Of a stretch of DNA of 64,000 bases, positions 52,312 to 61,138 are shown piece after piece. Numbering within the stretch: the first letter of the stretch is position 1; each line of letters begins with the position of its first letter. Position numbers and translations under genes: made by a program. The DNA is from Coriobacteriia bacterium (GTDB lineage: Bacteria; Actinomycetota; Coriobacteriia; Anaerosomatales; JAAXUF01): positions 19,492-83,491 of the forward strand of contig JAAXWY010000003.1 of assembly GCA_013334745.1 (NCBI GenBank), written 5' to 3'. Below the pieces are notes generated by a model, which did no database searches, was not told the DNA's origin, and saw only the letters and a program-made list of their open reading frames with translations.

Positions 52312-53526
52312 ATGAACAAGGCCACCAAGGCCATACTGGCTGTTTCCCTTACGATCATCGTCGGGAGTCTCGGGTTCATCGGCGGGTTCGCGACATCGCG
52401 TATCCTGCCCGCTGACTCGCCGCTGACAACCGTCGTCACCGATCACGTCAAGGCGCCCACCACGGTCTCGGGTCGCGTCGACGAAGTCTACGAATTGATG
52501 AAGAAGCGTGCGCTGGTGGTTCCGGCTGAGACCTCGGCCACCGCCGGGGCGGTCGAAGGCCTGCTCCAATCCAACGGCGATAAGTACGCCACCTACTTCG
52601 ACGACACGCACTTCAAGGCGTTCAACGAAGACAGCATGGGCTCTTTTGGCGGAATCGGCGTGGTGCTCGGTGAGAAGGACGGCACCACGTACATCACCGA
52701 GGTCTACAAGGGTACGCCTGCAGGCCGCGCAGGTCTGTTGCCCGGTGACGAGTTCAGGGTGATTGACGGCACGCGTCGCACGAACTGGCAGACCACGGAC
52801 GTGGTCAAGAAGGTGCGCGGCGAAGTGGGCACCAAGGTGACTATCACGCTGTACCGCCCCAAGAAGGGCACAGCTCACTCGGGCACCGAGAAGGAGTTCA
52901 CCCTCACCCGCGCGACGATCAACTACCCCAACCTGAAGTCCGAGATGATCGACGGCGTCGGCTACATGCGCCTCGGGCAGTTCAATGCGAATGCCGAAAG
53001 TGATGTCGCCAAGGCGATTGCGAGTCTGACGAAGAAGGGCGCGAAGTCGCTCATCCTCGACCTCCGAAGCGATCCCGGCGGACTGCTTGATGAGGCTGTG
53101 AGTGTCTCATCACTCTTCATCAAGGACGGCGTCATAGTCCGCGTTGATGAGCGCGGCAAGCCGGAGGACGAGATCAAGGCGACGGGCCGCAAGATGACCG
53201 ATTTGCCGCTTGTGGTACTCATCGACGGCGACTCGGCATCGGCGAGCGAGATTACCGCCGGCGCGCTGCAGGACTATGGCCGAGCCACGCTCGTCGGCGA
53301 GAAGTCGTATGGCAAGGGCAGCGTTCAGACTGTCGAGGCCGTGTCGTGGGGTGGAGGCGTGAAGTTCACGATCGCGCATTACCTCACGCCCAAGAAGCGC
53401 GTGATCAACGGTAAGGGACTGACACCGGACGTGGTCGTCAAGATGGACCGCATGGACCAGGTGAAGCGCTCGACCGATATCCAGCTCAAGAAGGCCGTTG
53501 AGATAGCCCGGCAGAAGACGCGCTAG
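52312..53526 (+). CDS. S41 C-terminal processing peptidase with PDZ domain
   Basis: 404 aa with a signal-anchor. PDZ (GTPAGRAGLLPGDEF), LILDLRSDPGGLL and GDSASASEITAGALQD. Position next to ftsX as in other Gram-positives. Confidence 0.9.
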   Translation: MNKATKAILAVSLTIIVGSLGFIGGFATSRILPADSPLTTVVTDHVKAPTTVSGRVDEVYELMKKRALVVPAETSATAGAVEGLLQSNGDKYATYFDDTHFKAFNEDSMGSFGGIGVVLGEKDGTTYITEVYKGTPAGRAGLLPGDEFRVIDGTRRTNWQTTDVVKKVRGEVGTKVTITLYRPKKGTAHSGTEKEFTLTRATINYPNLKSEMIDGVGYMRLGQFNANAESDVAKAIASLTKKGAKSLILDLRSDPGGLLDEAVSVSSLFIKDGVIVRVDERGKPEDEIKATGRKMTDLPLVVLIDGDSASASEITAGALQDYGRATLVGEKSYGKGSVQTVEAVSWGGGVKFTIAHYLTPKKRVINGKGLTPDVVVKMDRMDQVKRSTDIQLKKAVEIARQKTR

Positions 53527-53951
53527 TCCTCGTCGTCCTCGTCGTCGAGCGCGATAAGCGCGTCGAAGTCGCCAACCGTCTCCTCGGAGAGCAGGTGCGG
53601 GCGCTTCTCGGCGTCCCCATCGACCTCGGGCTCGGGGATCGACAGCAGTTCCAGCATTGAACTGTCGCCATGCAGCACGAACCGCCAGCGCTCCTCGGCG
53701 GCCTGCTCGAAGTCGAGGTAGCGGAATGAGGAGACGTTGAGGAAGAGGCAGCCGTTGACCACCAGCGTCGCTGACTCCGGGTCCGCCATCAGCTTGACGA
53801 GGGCGGCACGCCCCTCATCGATGAGCTCGCCGTCGACGACGTAGCGGTAGTCGAGATTCTCGAGGGTCTCGAGTGCGCGAAGCATGTCGCGCGGGTGCGA
53901 GACCGTGCCCTTCGATATGAGACATGGGGCGAGAGGCTGGCGATGATCCAT
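53523..53951 (-). CDS. Hypothetical acidic protein
   Basis: 142 aa starting from ATG at 53951. The acidic tail ends DDEDDED. Its stop codon shares a CTAG tetranucleotide with the ctp stop. No recognisable motif. Confidence 0.55.
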   Translation of the reverse strand: MDHRQPLAPCLISKGTVSHPRDMLRALETLENLDYRYVVDGELIDEGRAALVKLMADPESATLVVNGCLFLNVSSFRYLDFEQAAEERWRFVLHGDSSMLELLSIPEPEVDGDAEKRPHLLSEETVGDFDALIALDDEDDED

Positions 53952-54087
53952 TCGGCGGCTCCGTCGGTGCGTGAACTGAACTGTGATGAGGCATTCTAGC
54001 ACCGCTCGTGCCGTCGTCACGAAGAGGCTGGCCAGTGCGGTAGTATCACCCTGAAGGGCTACGAAGTTTCGACGGGGGAGGTAGCTC

Positions 54088-56031
54088 GTGAGCAAGCCCA
54101 AGCGCAGCGCCAACTCGAGGCGCAGCGGCACCGTCGTGGGGCGCATCACGATGACCAGACGCGGCTATGGGTTCGTGTCTGCGCCCGAGGGCGACTACTT
54201 CGTTCCGGCACGGGACACGGCGGGCGCGATGCACGGTGACGTCGTCGCCATTCGTCCGAGCGCCAGCAGGGGCCGCGAAGGTCGCTCCGGTGCTGTCACT
54301 CGGATCATGGAGCGTGCGAACACTACGGTGGTAGGGCGCTTTGAGCGGGCCGGCGCGATCGGCATCGTCACCCCCGCCGATCGCCGCATGCGACACGACG
54401 TCTTCATCGCGCCTAACGCCTTTGGGGACGCCGTGAGTGGCGACATCGTCGTTGCTCGACTGACCGGCTATCCATCCCGCAACCACTCAGCGCAGGGGTA
54501 CGTCGAGGAGATCGTTGGCCACGAGGGCGATGCCGGTATCGAGATCGAGATCACGATTCGCGAACACGGGCTGCGAACCGAGTTCCCGTCCCAGGTCGCC
54601 GAGGAGGCTTCGCGCCTGCGCATCGACGTCGAGGACGCACTCGGTCGAGAGCGGGATCGGCGAGACATCCGAGAGCGCTACACGTTCACGATCGACCCCA
54701 TCGATGCGCGGGATTTCGACGACGCGATCAGCATCGGCCACACAGAAGATGGCAGGGTGGTTCTCGGCGTACACATCGCCGACGTGAGCCACTACGTGCC
54801 GTGGGACTCATCCATCGACAACGAGGCCCGGCTTCGGGCGACGAGCGTGTATCTCGTCGATCGGGTTCTTCCAATGCTGCCCGAGGAGCTCTCCAACGGG
54901 ATCTGCTCGCTCAATCCAGCGGAAGACCGCGTCGCCTTCTCGGTCGACCTCACGCTGTCGAAGGACGGGGCGGTCGAGGGGGCGGAGTTCTACCCGAGCG
55001 TGATTCGAAGCGACAGGCGCTGCAACTACGACGAGGTCGACCGATGGGTTTCAGGCGAAGAACCGTTCCCTGACCGAGAATCTGAGCTCGCTATACATGA
55101 GTTCGCGCGCGTAGCGAAGAAGATAGGGGAGCGGCGCGTCGCCAGAGGCGGGCTCGACTTCGAGACCGTCGAGGCGAAAGTGAAGCTCGATGCGCAGGGG
55201 AAGCCCGTTGAGGTGGTGCTCCGTGAGCGCACGGTCGCCACGAACATGATCGAGGAGGCGATGATCGCCGCCAATGAGGCTGTCGCGCGCCACATGCGTG
55301 ACGCCAAGGCACCGATGGTCTATCGCATTCACGAGAACCCCGACGCCGATGCGCTCGGTCAGATCGCGCTGGTCCTCAAGGAGTTCAACTACCCGGTGAA
55401 GGACCTGCACGGTGCTTCACCTGCCACATTCCAGCGAATCATCGCTTTCGCTCACGGTCGCCCGGAGAAGTTCCTGATCAACTCCCTGCTCGTGCGCTCA
55501 CTCGAGCGCGCGCGGTACGTCGACTTCCTCTCGCCGCACTTCGGGCTCGCAAGCGACGCCTACTGCCACTTCACATCTCCCATCAGGCGCTACCCCGACC
55601 TCGTCGTCCATCGCCTGCTCAAGGCGCAGCTGCGAGGCGCACTCGACAAGGATCCCGAGGCTGTCCACATGACGCCGGAGTTGGGGTGGCTCGCAGAGCA
55701 CTCCTCGCAGATGGAGCGCGAGGCCTCGATGGCCGAGATGGACTCGGTGCGTTTCAAGCTCTGCGAGTTGATGGCTGAGCACATCGATGAGGTCTTCAGC
55801 GGGCTGGTGACAGGCGTCGCGAACTACGGTCTGTTCATCCAGCTCGACAACATGGCCGAGGGTCTCGTCCATTCCGATTCGATGCCGGGCGATCACTATC
55901 GCTACGAGCCCACCCGCCACATGCTTGTGGGTGAGAAGCGAGGCGATTCCTACCGGCTCGGACAGCGCGTCGACGTGCGGATCGTCAACGTCTCGACCGG
56001 AGATGCGCGCATCGACATGGAACTCGCCTAG
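54088..56031 (+). CDS. rnr: Ribonuclease R
   Basis: GTG after GGGGGAGG. N-terminal cold-shock/OB (RGYGFVS), RNB core (DPIDARDFDDAIS, YLVDRVLPMLPEELSNGICSL) and C-terminal S1 domain. Confidence 0.95.
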   Translation: MSKPKRSANSRRSGTVVGRITMTRRGYGFVSAPEGDYFVPARDTAGAMHGDVVAIRPSASRGREGRSGAVTRIMERANTTVVGRFERAGAIGIVTPADRRMRHDVFIAPNAFGDAVSGDIVVARLTGYPSRNHSAQGYVEEIVGHEGDAGIEIEITIREHGLRTEFPSQVAEEASRLRIDVEDALGRERDRRDIRERYTFTIDPIDARDFDDAISIGHTEDGRVVLGVHIADVSHYVPWDSSIDNEARLRATSVYLVDRVLPMLPEELSNGICSLNPAEDRVAFSVDLTLSKDGAVEGAEFYPSVIRSDRRCNYDEVDRWVSGEEPFPDRESELAIHEFARVAKKIGERRVARGGLDFETVEAKVKLDAQGKPVEVVLRERTVATNMIEEAMIAANEAVARHMRDAKAPMVYRIHENPDADALGQIALVLKEFNYPVKDLHGASPATFQRIIAFAHGRPEKFLINSLLVRSLERARYVDFLSPHFGLASDAYCHFTSPIRRYPDLVVHRLLKAQLRGALDKDPEAVHMTPELGWLAEHSSQMEREASMAEMDSVRFKLCELMAEHIDEVFSGLVTGVANYGLFIQLDNMAEGLVHSDSMPGDHYRYEPTRHMLVGEKRGDSYRLGQRVDVRIVNVSTGDARIDMELA

Positions 56032-56927
56032 CGGGCGTCGTCGTCCTCGGGTGGCTCTGTGTCGCCCCACTCGTCACGCGGGGTGGCTCCGAGAAGCCCG
56101 GTCACCGTAGGGGTGAGATCTCTGGGTATCGGCGCCTGCCAACCGCGCTTGACCGCGAGCACCCTCAACGCGATCACCAGCAGTACGCACGCGGTCATTG
56201 CCATCGGCTTGACCACGTGCAGCCATGTCACCAGGGTCACGTAGGTCGTTGCACCAAGCACTGCGGCAGCGCCGTTGAGCGTGCCCGGCTTGAGGACGCG
56301 CGGCACCTCATTGCGCAGCATGTCGCGCACGATGCCCCCGCCCACTGACGTGATCGTGCCGAGCATCACCGCTGGCACGAACGTGAGGCCCACCAGCAAC
56401 GCCTTGTCGGCTCCGGCGACCGCGAAGAGACCGAGTGCGAGCGCATCGATCAGGAAGAGGTTATCGCGCACGTTCTCGACAGCCGACTGAAAGAAGAATG
56501 CCAGCAGCGCACCCGCCATCACGACAAGCAGGAGTAGGGGGTGCTCGAGTGCGTAGATCCCCTGGGTCTGGAGCATCAGGTCACGAATGATGCCGCCCGA
56601 CAAACCCGCTGCTAGCGCAATCGTCATGACGCCAACGATGTCGAACTTGGCTGCAACTCCCGCAAGTCCGCCCGAGAGTGCGCCCGTGAAGGCGGCGGTC
56701 ATCTCCAGCGAGGCAGGGACTGACACGGCGGAGGTAGTGACGGGCGCTGTCGTCGTCACGGAGGATGGAAGGATGCTGGCGATGACGCTGGGCACGGTCG
56801 ACGCCACAGTGCTCGCGACTGCGGCGGCCAAGCCACCCGAGTCTGTCGTCAGGGCGGCTGCCGTCGCTTCCACCGCGGAAGTCGCGGCGGTCGACACCTG
56901 CGATGCGAGTATCAGCGATGCGCTCAT
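56028..56927 (-). CDS. TRIC/UPF0126 (YadS-type) membrane channel family protein with Ala/Ser/Thr/Val-rich N-terminal extension
   Basis: Two UPF0126 repeats (GLSGGIIRDLM and SVGGGIVRDML). ATG at 56927 lies 5 nt after AAGGAAAGG. An internal ATG at 56702 would give the usual ~218-aa protein. Confidence 0.8.
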   Translation of the reverse strand: MSASLILASQVSTAATSAVEATAAALTTDSGGLAAAVASTVASTVPSVIASILPSSVTTTAPVTTSAVSVPASLEMTAAFTGALSGGLAGVAAKFDIVGVMTIALAAGLSGGIIRDLMLQTQGIYALEHPLLLLVVMAGALLAFFFQSAVENVRDNLFLIDALALGLFAVAGADKALLVGLTFVPAVMLGTITSVGGGIVRDMLRNEVPRVLKPGTLNGAAAVLGATTYVTLVTWLHVVKPMAMTACVLLVIALRVLAVKRGWQAPIPRDLTPTVTGLLGATPRDEWGDTEPPEDDDAR

Positions 56928-57092
56928 CGGTACCTTTCCTTCGCCCTGCAACATGAGTATGCACGCCTGTATGGGAAGGTACCCGATAGCGCTATGGTCG
57001 GCGCGGCCTTGTTGCTGCACCGTCGCATGGCGCGCTTCGCGGGCAAGAAGGTAGACTGACCGGACTCGTGCAACCGATTCGGAGGCAGTTGT

Positions 57093-58157
57093 ATGCACAA
57101 GAAGGATATGGAATTCCTCTCGGCGCTCATCGATGCGCCGTCACCATCCGGCTTCGAGCAGCCCGCAGCGAAGGTCTTTCGCGAGCGCATGATCAAGTCG
57201 GCCGATAAGGTCGAGACCAACGTCATGGGCTCAGTGCATGCCGTACTCGAAGGGGCAAAACCCAACGGCGTTTCGGTGATGCTCGCCGGTCACATCGACG
57301 AGATCGGGCTGATGGTCAACTACATCACGCCGGACGGGTTCATCGCGTTCGCCTCCATCGGCGGCGTCGACGCTGCGGTGCTTCCCGGCATGCGTGTGAT
57401 CGTCCACACCGCGAAGGGCCCGCTGCTCGGCATCATGGGGCGAAAGCCGATCCACCTGATCGAGGATGAGGAGCGCAAGAGCATCACCAAGCTGGAGAAG
57501 CTCTTCATCGACGTCGGATTGAAGGGCGAGAAGGTCAAGAAGCGCGTACGCGTGGGCGACCCGATCACCTTCGACGTCGGGCTCGAAACGTTTGGAGATG
57601 GGCTGGCGGTATCGCGCGCGTTCGACGACAAGATGGGCGCGTGGATCGCGGCGCGCGTTCTTGAAGATGTGAAGAAGGCCGGGGGCGCAGCGGGCGACTT
57701 GATTGCTGCCGCCACCGTGCAAGAAGAGGTCGGTCTGCGTGGTGGCGTCACGAGCGCCTACGGCGTGAACCCGCAGGTCGGCATCGCAGTCGAGGTCGGT
57801 CACGCGACGGACTACCCGGACATCGACAAGCGCAAGCACGGGGAGGCCAACTGTGGCGATGGCCCGATCATCGCCCGTGGACCCAACATCAACCCGGTCC
57901 TGTTCGAGTTGCTCATCAAGGCCGCCGACAAGGCGAAGGTTCCCTATCAGATCGGCGCGGAGCCGCGGGGTACAGGCACGGATGCGAACGCCATTCAGTT
58001 GTCGCGCGGCGGCAAAGCGGCCGGCCTCGTGTCGATTCCGTTGCGCTACATGCACACGCCTACCGAGGTCCTCTCACTCGAAGACCTCGACGCTGCCGTG
58101 AAGCTGCTCACGCGCTTCATCCTCGACCTGAAGCCGGGGACCGACTTCACGCCGTAG
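57093..58157 (+). CDS. M42 family aminopeptidase (FrvX/glutamyl aminopeptidase-like)
   Basis: 354 aa. N-terminal LSALIDAPSPSGFE, metal-ligand regions HIDEIG and AFDDKMG, and TVQEEVGLRGG. Confidence 0.9.
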   Translation: MHKKDMEFLSALIDAPSPSGFEQPAAKVFRERMIKSADKVETNVMGSVHAVLEGAKPNGVSVMLAGHIDEIGLMVNYITPDGFIAFASIGGVDAAVLPGMRVIVHTAKGPLLGIMGRKPIHLIEDEERKSITKLEKLFIDVGLKGEKVKKRVRVGDPITFDVGLETFGDGLAVSRAFDDKMGAWIAARVLEDVKKAGGAAGDLIAAATVQEEVGLRGGVTSAYGVNPQVGIAVEVGHATDYPDIDKRKHGEANCGDGPIIARGPNINPVLFELLIKAADKAKVPYQIGAEPRGTGTDANAIQLSRGGKAAGLVSIPLRYMHTPTEVLSLEDLDAAVKLLTRFILDLKPGTDFTP

Positions 58158-58173
58158 GCGTGAACTCACTGAC

Positions 58174-58644
58174 ATGGCAGACGAACAGAGACTCATAGCA
58201 AACAACAAGAAGGCGTATCACGACTTCTTCGTCGAGGAGACCTACGAGTGCGGCATCGAGTTGTCGGGCACCGAGGTCAAGTCGCTGCGCGAGAATCATG
58301 CGTCGCTGCGCGACACCTACGCGAGTATACGGAAGGGCGAGGTGTGGCTTCATGGCGTGCACGTCGCGCCGTACAGCCACGGGAACCGCTCGAATCTCGA
58401 CCCCAACCGGCCTCGCAAGTTGCTGCTGCACAAGAAGCAGATTCGGCACCTGTTCTCTAAGATCCGGGAGAAGGGCTTCACGCTCGTTCCGCTCAAGATG
58501 TACTTCTCGCCGAGCAATCTGGTGAAGGTCGAGATCGGCCTGGTGCGTGGCAAGAAGCTCTACGACAAGCGCGCCGACATCGCTTCCAAGGATCAGAAGC
58601 GTGATGTCGAACGCGCACTCAGGGAGCGGCAGAAGGGCCAGTAG
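58174..58644 (+). CDS. smpB: SsrA-binding protein
   Basis: 156 aa. NKKAYHDFFVEETYECGIELSGTEVKSLR and the basic C-terminal tail are typical SmpB. Confidence 0.97.
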   Translation: MADEQRLIANNKKAYHDFFVEETYECGIELSGTEVKSLRENHASLRDTYASIRKGEVWLHGVHVAPYSHGNRSNLDPNRPRKLLLHKKQIRHLFSKIREKGFTLVPLKMYFSPSNLVKVEIGLVRGKKLYDKRADIASKDQKRDVERALRERQKGQ

Positions 58645-58781
58645 GCCCGCGCCACAACGCCCGAAGGCACGGAGTTCGCTCCCACAGGCACGCATGTCAG
58701 AGCGCGGGTATACTCTGTAGACGGCTCTTCCGGCGACGCTCTTGTACGCCGAGTACCTTGATACGCCGAACCACCCCACAT

Positions 58782-59132
58782 GGGGGCGACTGGATTCGAC
58801 ACGATAGTTCTGAGGGAGGAAGCAGGCCGCGGTCTCCTCGCCGCGTTAAACAGGGGAAAACGCCAATTAACTGGCACCAATAACTACGCTCTCGCTGCCT
58901 AAATAGCCAGCGACGCCGACCCGGTGCACGTCCCCGACACCGGTAAGGCGCAACAGAGGGGAATGCCGCCAAGGACGTTGTCAGTATGCCGAGGCGAAAG
59001 ACAGAACTGACTGGGAAAGGGCGCGCCTGTCACGGTGTGCTGCCCCGACCGAGACTCAATCCGTGACTGAGCCTGGAGATGCCTCCTAGGGTGCTACCGT
59101 GGACCGGAGTTCGATTCTCCGCGCCTCCACCA
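58782..59132 (+). ncRNA. ssrA: Transfer-messenger RNA (tmRNA)
   Basis: 5' GGGGGCGACTGGATTCGAC... and 3' ...GGAGTTCGATTCTCCGCGCCTCCACCA. The acceptor stem GGGGGCG/CGCCTCC has the G3:U pair. Tag frame 58855-58902 ends ...NNYALAA-TAA. It lies directly downstream of smpB. Confidence 0.95.
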
Positions 59133-59168
59133 GTCATCGAATCGGTGTCGCATTCAGCGGCGCCGTCA

Positions 59169-59204
59169 CAAGCGATCCGCCGGCATCCGCCGGCGGGTCG
59201 CTTG
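59169..59204 (+). terminator. 15-bp hairpin after tmRNA
   Basis: Nt 59169-59183 pair with 59190-59204 (one G-U), with a 6-nt loop. Only a weak T-tract follows. Confidence 0.55.
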
Positions 59205-59261
59205 CCGCGTTCAGGGCGTACAATCCTGCCACCGAGGAAGCAGACGTGAGAGGGGGTCGCC

Positions 59262-59648
59262 GTGGTTCGCCGCACCTGGGGCTACTCGCCCGGCGAGTGG
59301 GCTGCGCTCGCGGTCGACCTCGAGGCGCTGCTTGCCGAGGCCGCCGCCGCCCGATCCACTGTGACCTACGGTGAGGTTGCGCGACGGGTGTTCCGCGGCC
59401 GCATGAGCGCTCGCTCCGGCGCGCTCATGGACCTGCTGGGCGAGGTCGACACTGCTGCCGACGCGAGGCTCGGTGTCATGACCGCCTCGCTGGTGGTTCG
59501 GGCCGACACCGGTATGCCAGGAGACGGCTACTTCGCCTTTGCCGAGCGCGACCTCGGCCGCACGATCGGTGATCGCCGCGCGTTCTGGGAGGCCGAGGTC
59601 GCCCGCGTCTGGGATGCGTACGCGCGCAGTGATGGGAGCGGTTCATGA
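59262..59648 (+). CDS. Hypothetical small protein
   Basis: 128 aa. GTG after AGAGGGGG. Its stop overlaps the next ATG (ATGA). A TYGEVARRV...GALMDLLGEV segment hints at a winged-helix-like fold, but this is unassigned. Confidence 0.6.
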   Translation: MVRRTWGYSPGEWAALAVDLEALLAEAAAARSTVTYGEVARRVFRGRMSARSGALMDLLGEVDTAADARLGVMTASLVVRADTGMPGDGYFAFAERDLGRTIGDRRAFWEAEVARVWDAYARSDGSGS

Positions 59649-60523
59649 CCCGCGAGACCGCCACGCGAGCCCTCGCGGGTGAGCTGTCCGCGCGCGCCTT
59701 CGGGCTTGCGTGGCTGCCGGGCGCGCTGCTCGACGCGGTAGCGCGCGACACGGGCGCGCCGGGGCGCGCCGACTCGCTCGCGGCGTTCGCGGCGTCGGTG
59801 CCGGTCGATCTCGCCTTCGTAGCCGCGGGTGAGTCGTACGCGAGTGACGCCGTCGCCGCGCTGCAGGCTGCAGACGTGGCCGCGGTCTGGGCGGTCGACG
59901 GCGTGCTCTCGCGTGTGTCGCGCGCGGTGGGCTGGGTCGAGGCGCTCCGCATGACGGTCGCCGAGCCGGAGCACCTGACGGCGCGCCTCGACACGGCTCG
60001 CGCGGAGGTGCTGGTCGATGTGGGTCGCGGCATCGCGTGCGGCGCCGATGCCGTGCTGGTCGCTGACGAGCTCGCTGGCGCGAGCGGGCCGCTCGTGGCG
60101 CCGGACTTCGTGCTCGCGACGCTGATGCCGCACTACCACCGCGTGTCGAACACCGTCCGCCAGGAGGGTTTGCCGCTGATCTTCCACTCCGACGGCGACA
60201 CAAGGGCGTTCATGCCGGCGCTCGCCGCAGGCGGATTCACCGGCGTACACCTCGCGAGTCTCGATGCCGAGCGGTTCGTGGAGTGCGCGACCACCGCCAG
60301 ATCTGCGGGTCTCGTTGTACTCGGCGGGATCGGTGTGCAGGACCTCGCGGCTATCGGTAGTCGCAGGGCTGGCGAGCGTGGTGCGCGCGCAGCGCTCGCC
60401 GTAGGCGGCGTCATCGTCAGTGATGACGGCGGTGCGAGCGCCGAGCGCGAGCTGCCAGCGCTCGCCGCCGCCATCGAAGCCGCGCGCTCGGTCATCGTTC
60501 GGGACGCAGGTCCGCGAGCCTGA
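59645..60523 (+). CDS. Uroporphyrinogen-decarboxylase-like (URO-D/MtaA-type TIM barrel) family protein, divergent
   Basis: 292 aa. The pattern GADAVLVADELAG...VAPDFVLATLMPHYHRV...GLPLIFHSDGDT...GFTGVHL follows the URO-D-like fold. It is shorter than canonical HemE. Confidence 0.55.
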   Translation: MTRETATRALAGELSARAFGLAWLPGALLDAVARDTGAPGRADSLAAFAASVPVDLAFVAAGESYASDAVAALQAADVAAVWAVDGVLSRVSRAVGWVEALRMTVAEPEHLTARLDTARAEVLVDVGRGIACGADAVLVADELAGASGPLVAPDFVLATLMPHYHRVSNTVRQEGLPLIFHSDGDTRAFMPALAAGGFTGVHLASLDAERFVECATTARSAGLVVLGGIGVQDLAAIGSRRAGERGARAALAVGGVIVSDDGGASAERELPALAAAIEAARSVIVRDAGPRA

Positions 60524-60562
60524 GATGGTAACCTCGACCCACCCGATCCGCAGGAGGCAGAT

Positions 60563-61051
60563 GTGACGCACGAGCTACGCCGACAAGACCGCGAGATCAC
60601 CGACCCGGCCGAGATCGATCGGCTCCTGACCGGCGCACGGTACGCGACCATCGCGCTGGCCGACGGAGATTCCCCGTACGTCGTCACGCTCTCGTGCGGC
60701 TACGATCGCGTGGGCTCCAGGCTGTGCTTCCACGTCGCGCCAGCAGGTCGCAAACTCGATATCATCGCCCGAAACGCACATGGCTGCGCCACCGTGATCG
60801 AGGACTGCGGCTACAAGCACGGTCAGTGCGCACACCCGTTTCGCTCGGTTGTCCTTGCGGGGTCGCTTCGGGTCATCGACAATCCCGCCGAGACCCGCGA
60901 TGCCATGCGCGTACTCATCGGCCAGCTTGAGTCAGCGCAAGACGCAGAGACGATCTTCGAGCGCAACAGTCTCGATGACGATGCGGCGCTCGCACGGTTC
61001 CGGATGCTCGTCTTCGACATCGAGTCCATGACGGCTAAAGAAGGGGAGTAA
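60563..61051 (+). CDS. Pyridoxamine 5'-phosphate oxidase-family FMN-binding split-barrel protein
   Basis: 162 aa. N-terminal RRQDREITDPAEIDRLLTGARYATIALADGDSPYVVTLS is typical of the Pyridox_ox_2/NimA-like group. Confidence 0.8.
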   Translation: MTHELRRQDREITDPAEIDRLLTGARYATIALADGDSPYVVTLSCGYDRVGSRLCFHVAPAGRKLDIIARNAHGCATVIEDCGYKHGQCAHPFRSVVLAGSLRVIDNPAETRDAMRVLIGQLESAQDAETIFERNSLDDDAALARFRMLVFDIESMTAKEGE

Positions 61052-61138
61052 CACGCGTCTCGCATCGGGACGGCGCGCGGCTCCGGTTGGTACCATGTAG
61101 GCACGGCGTGATCAGTCAGCGCGGCATAGGAGGACTCC

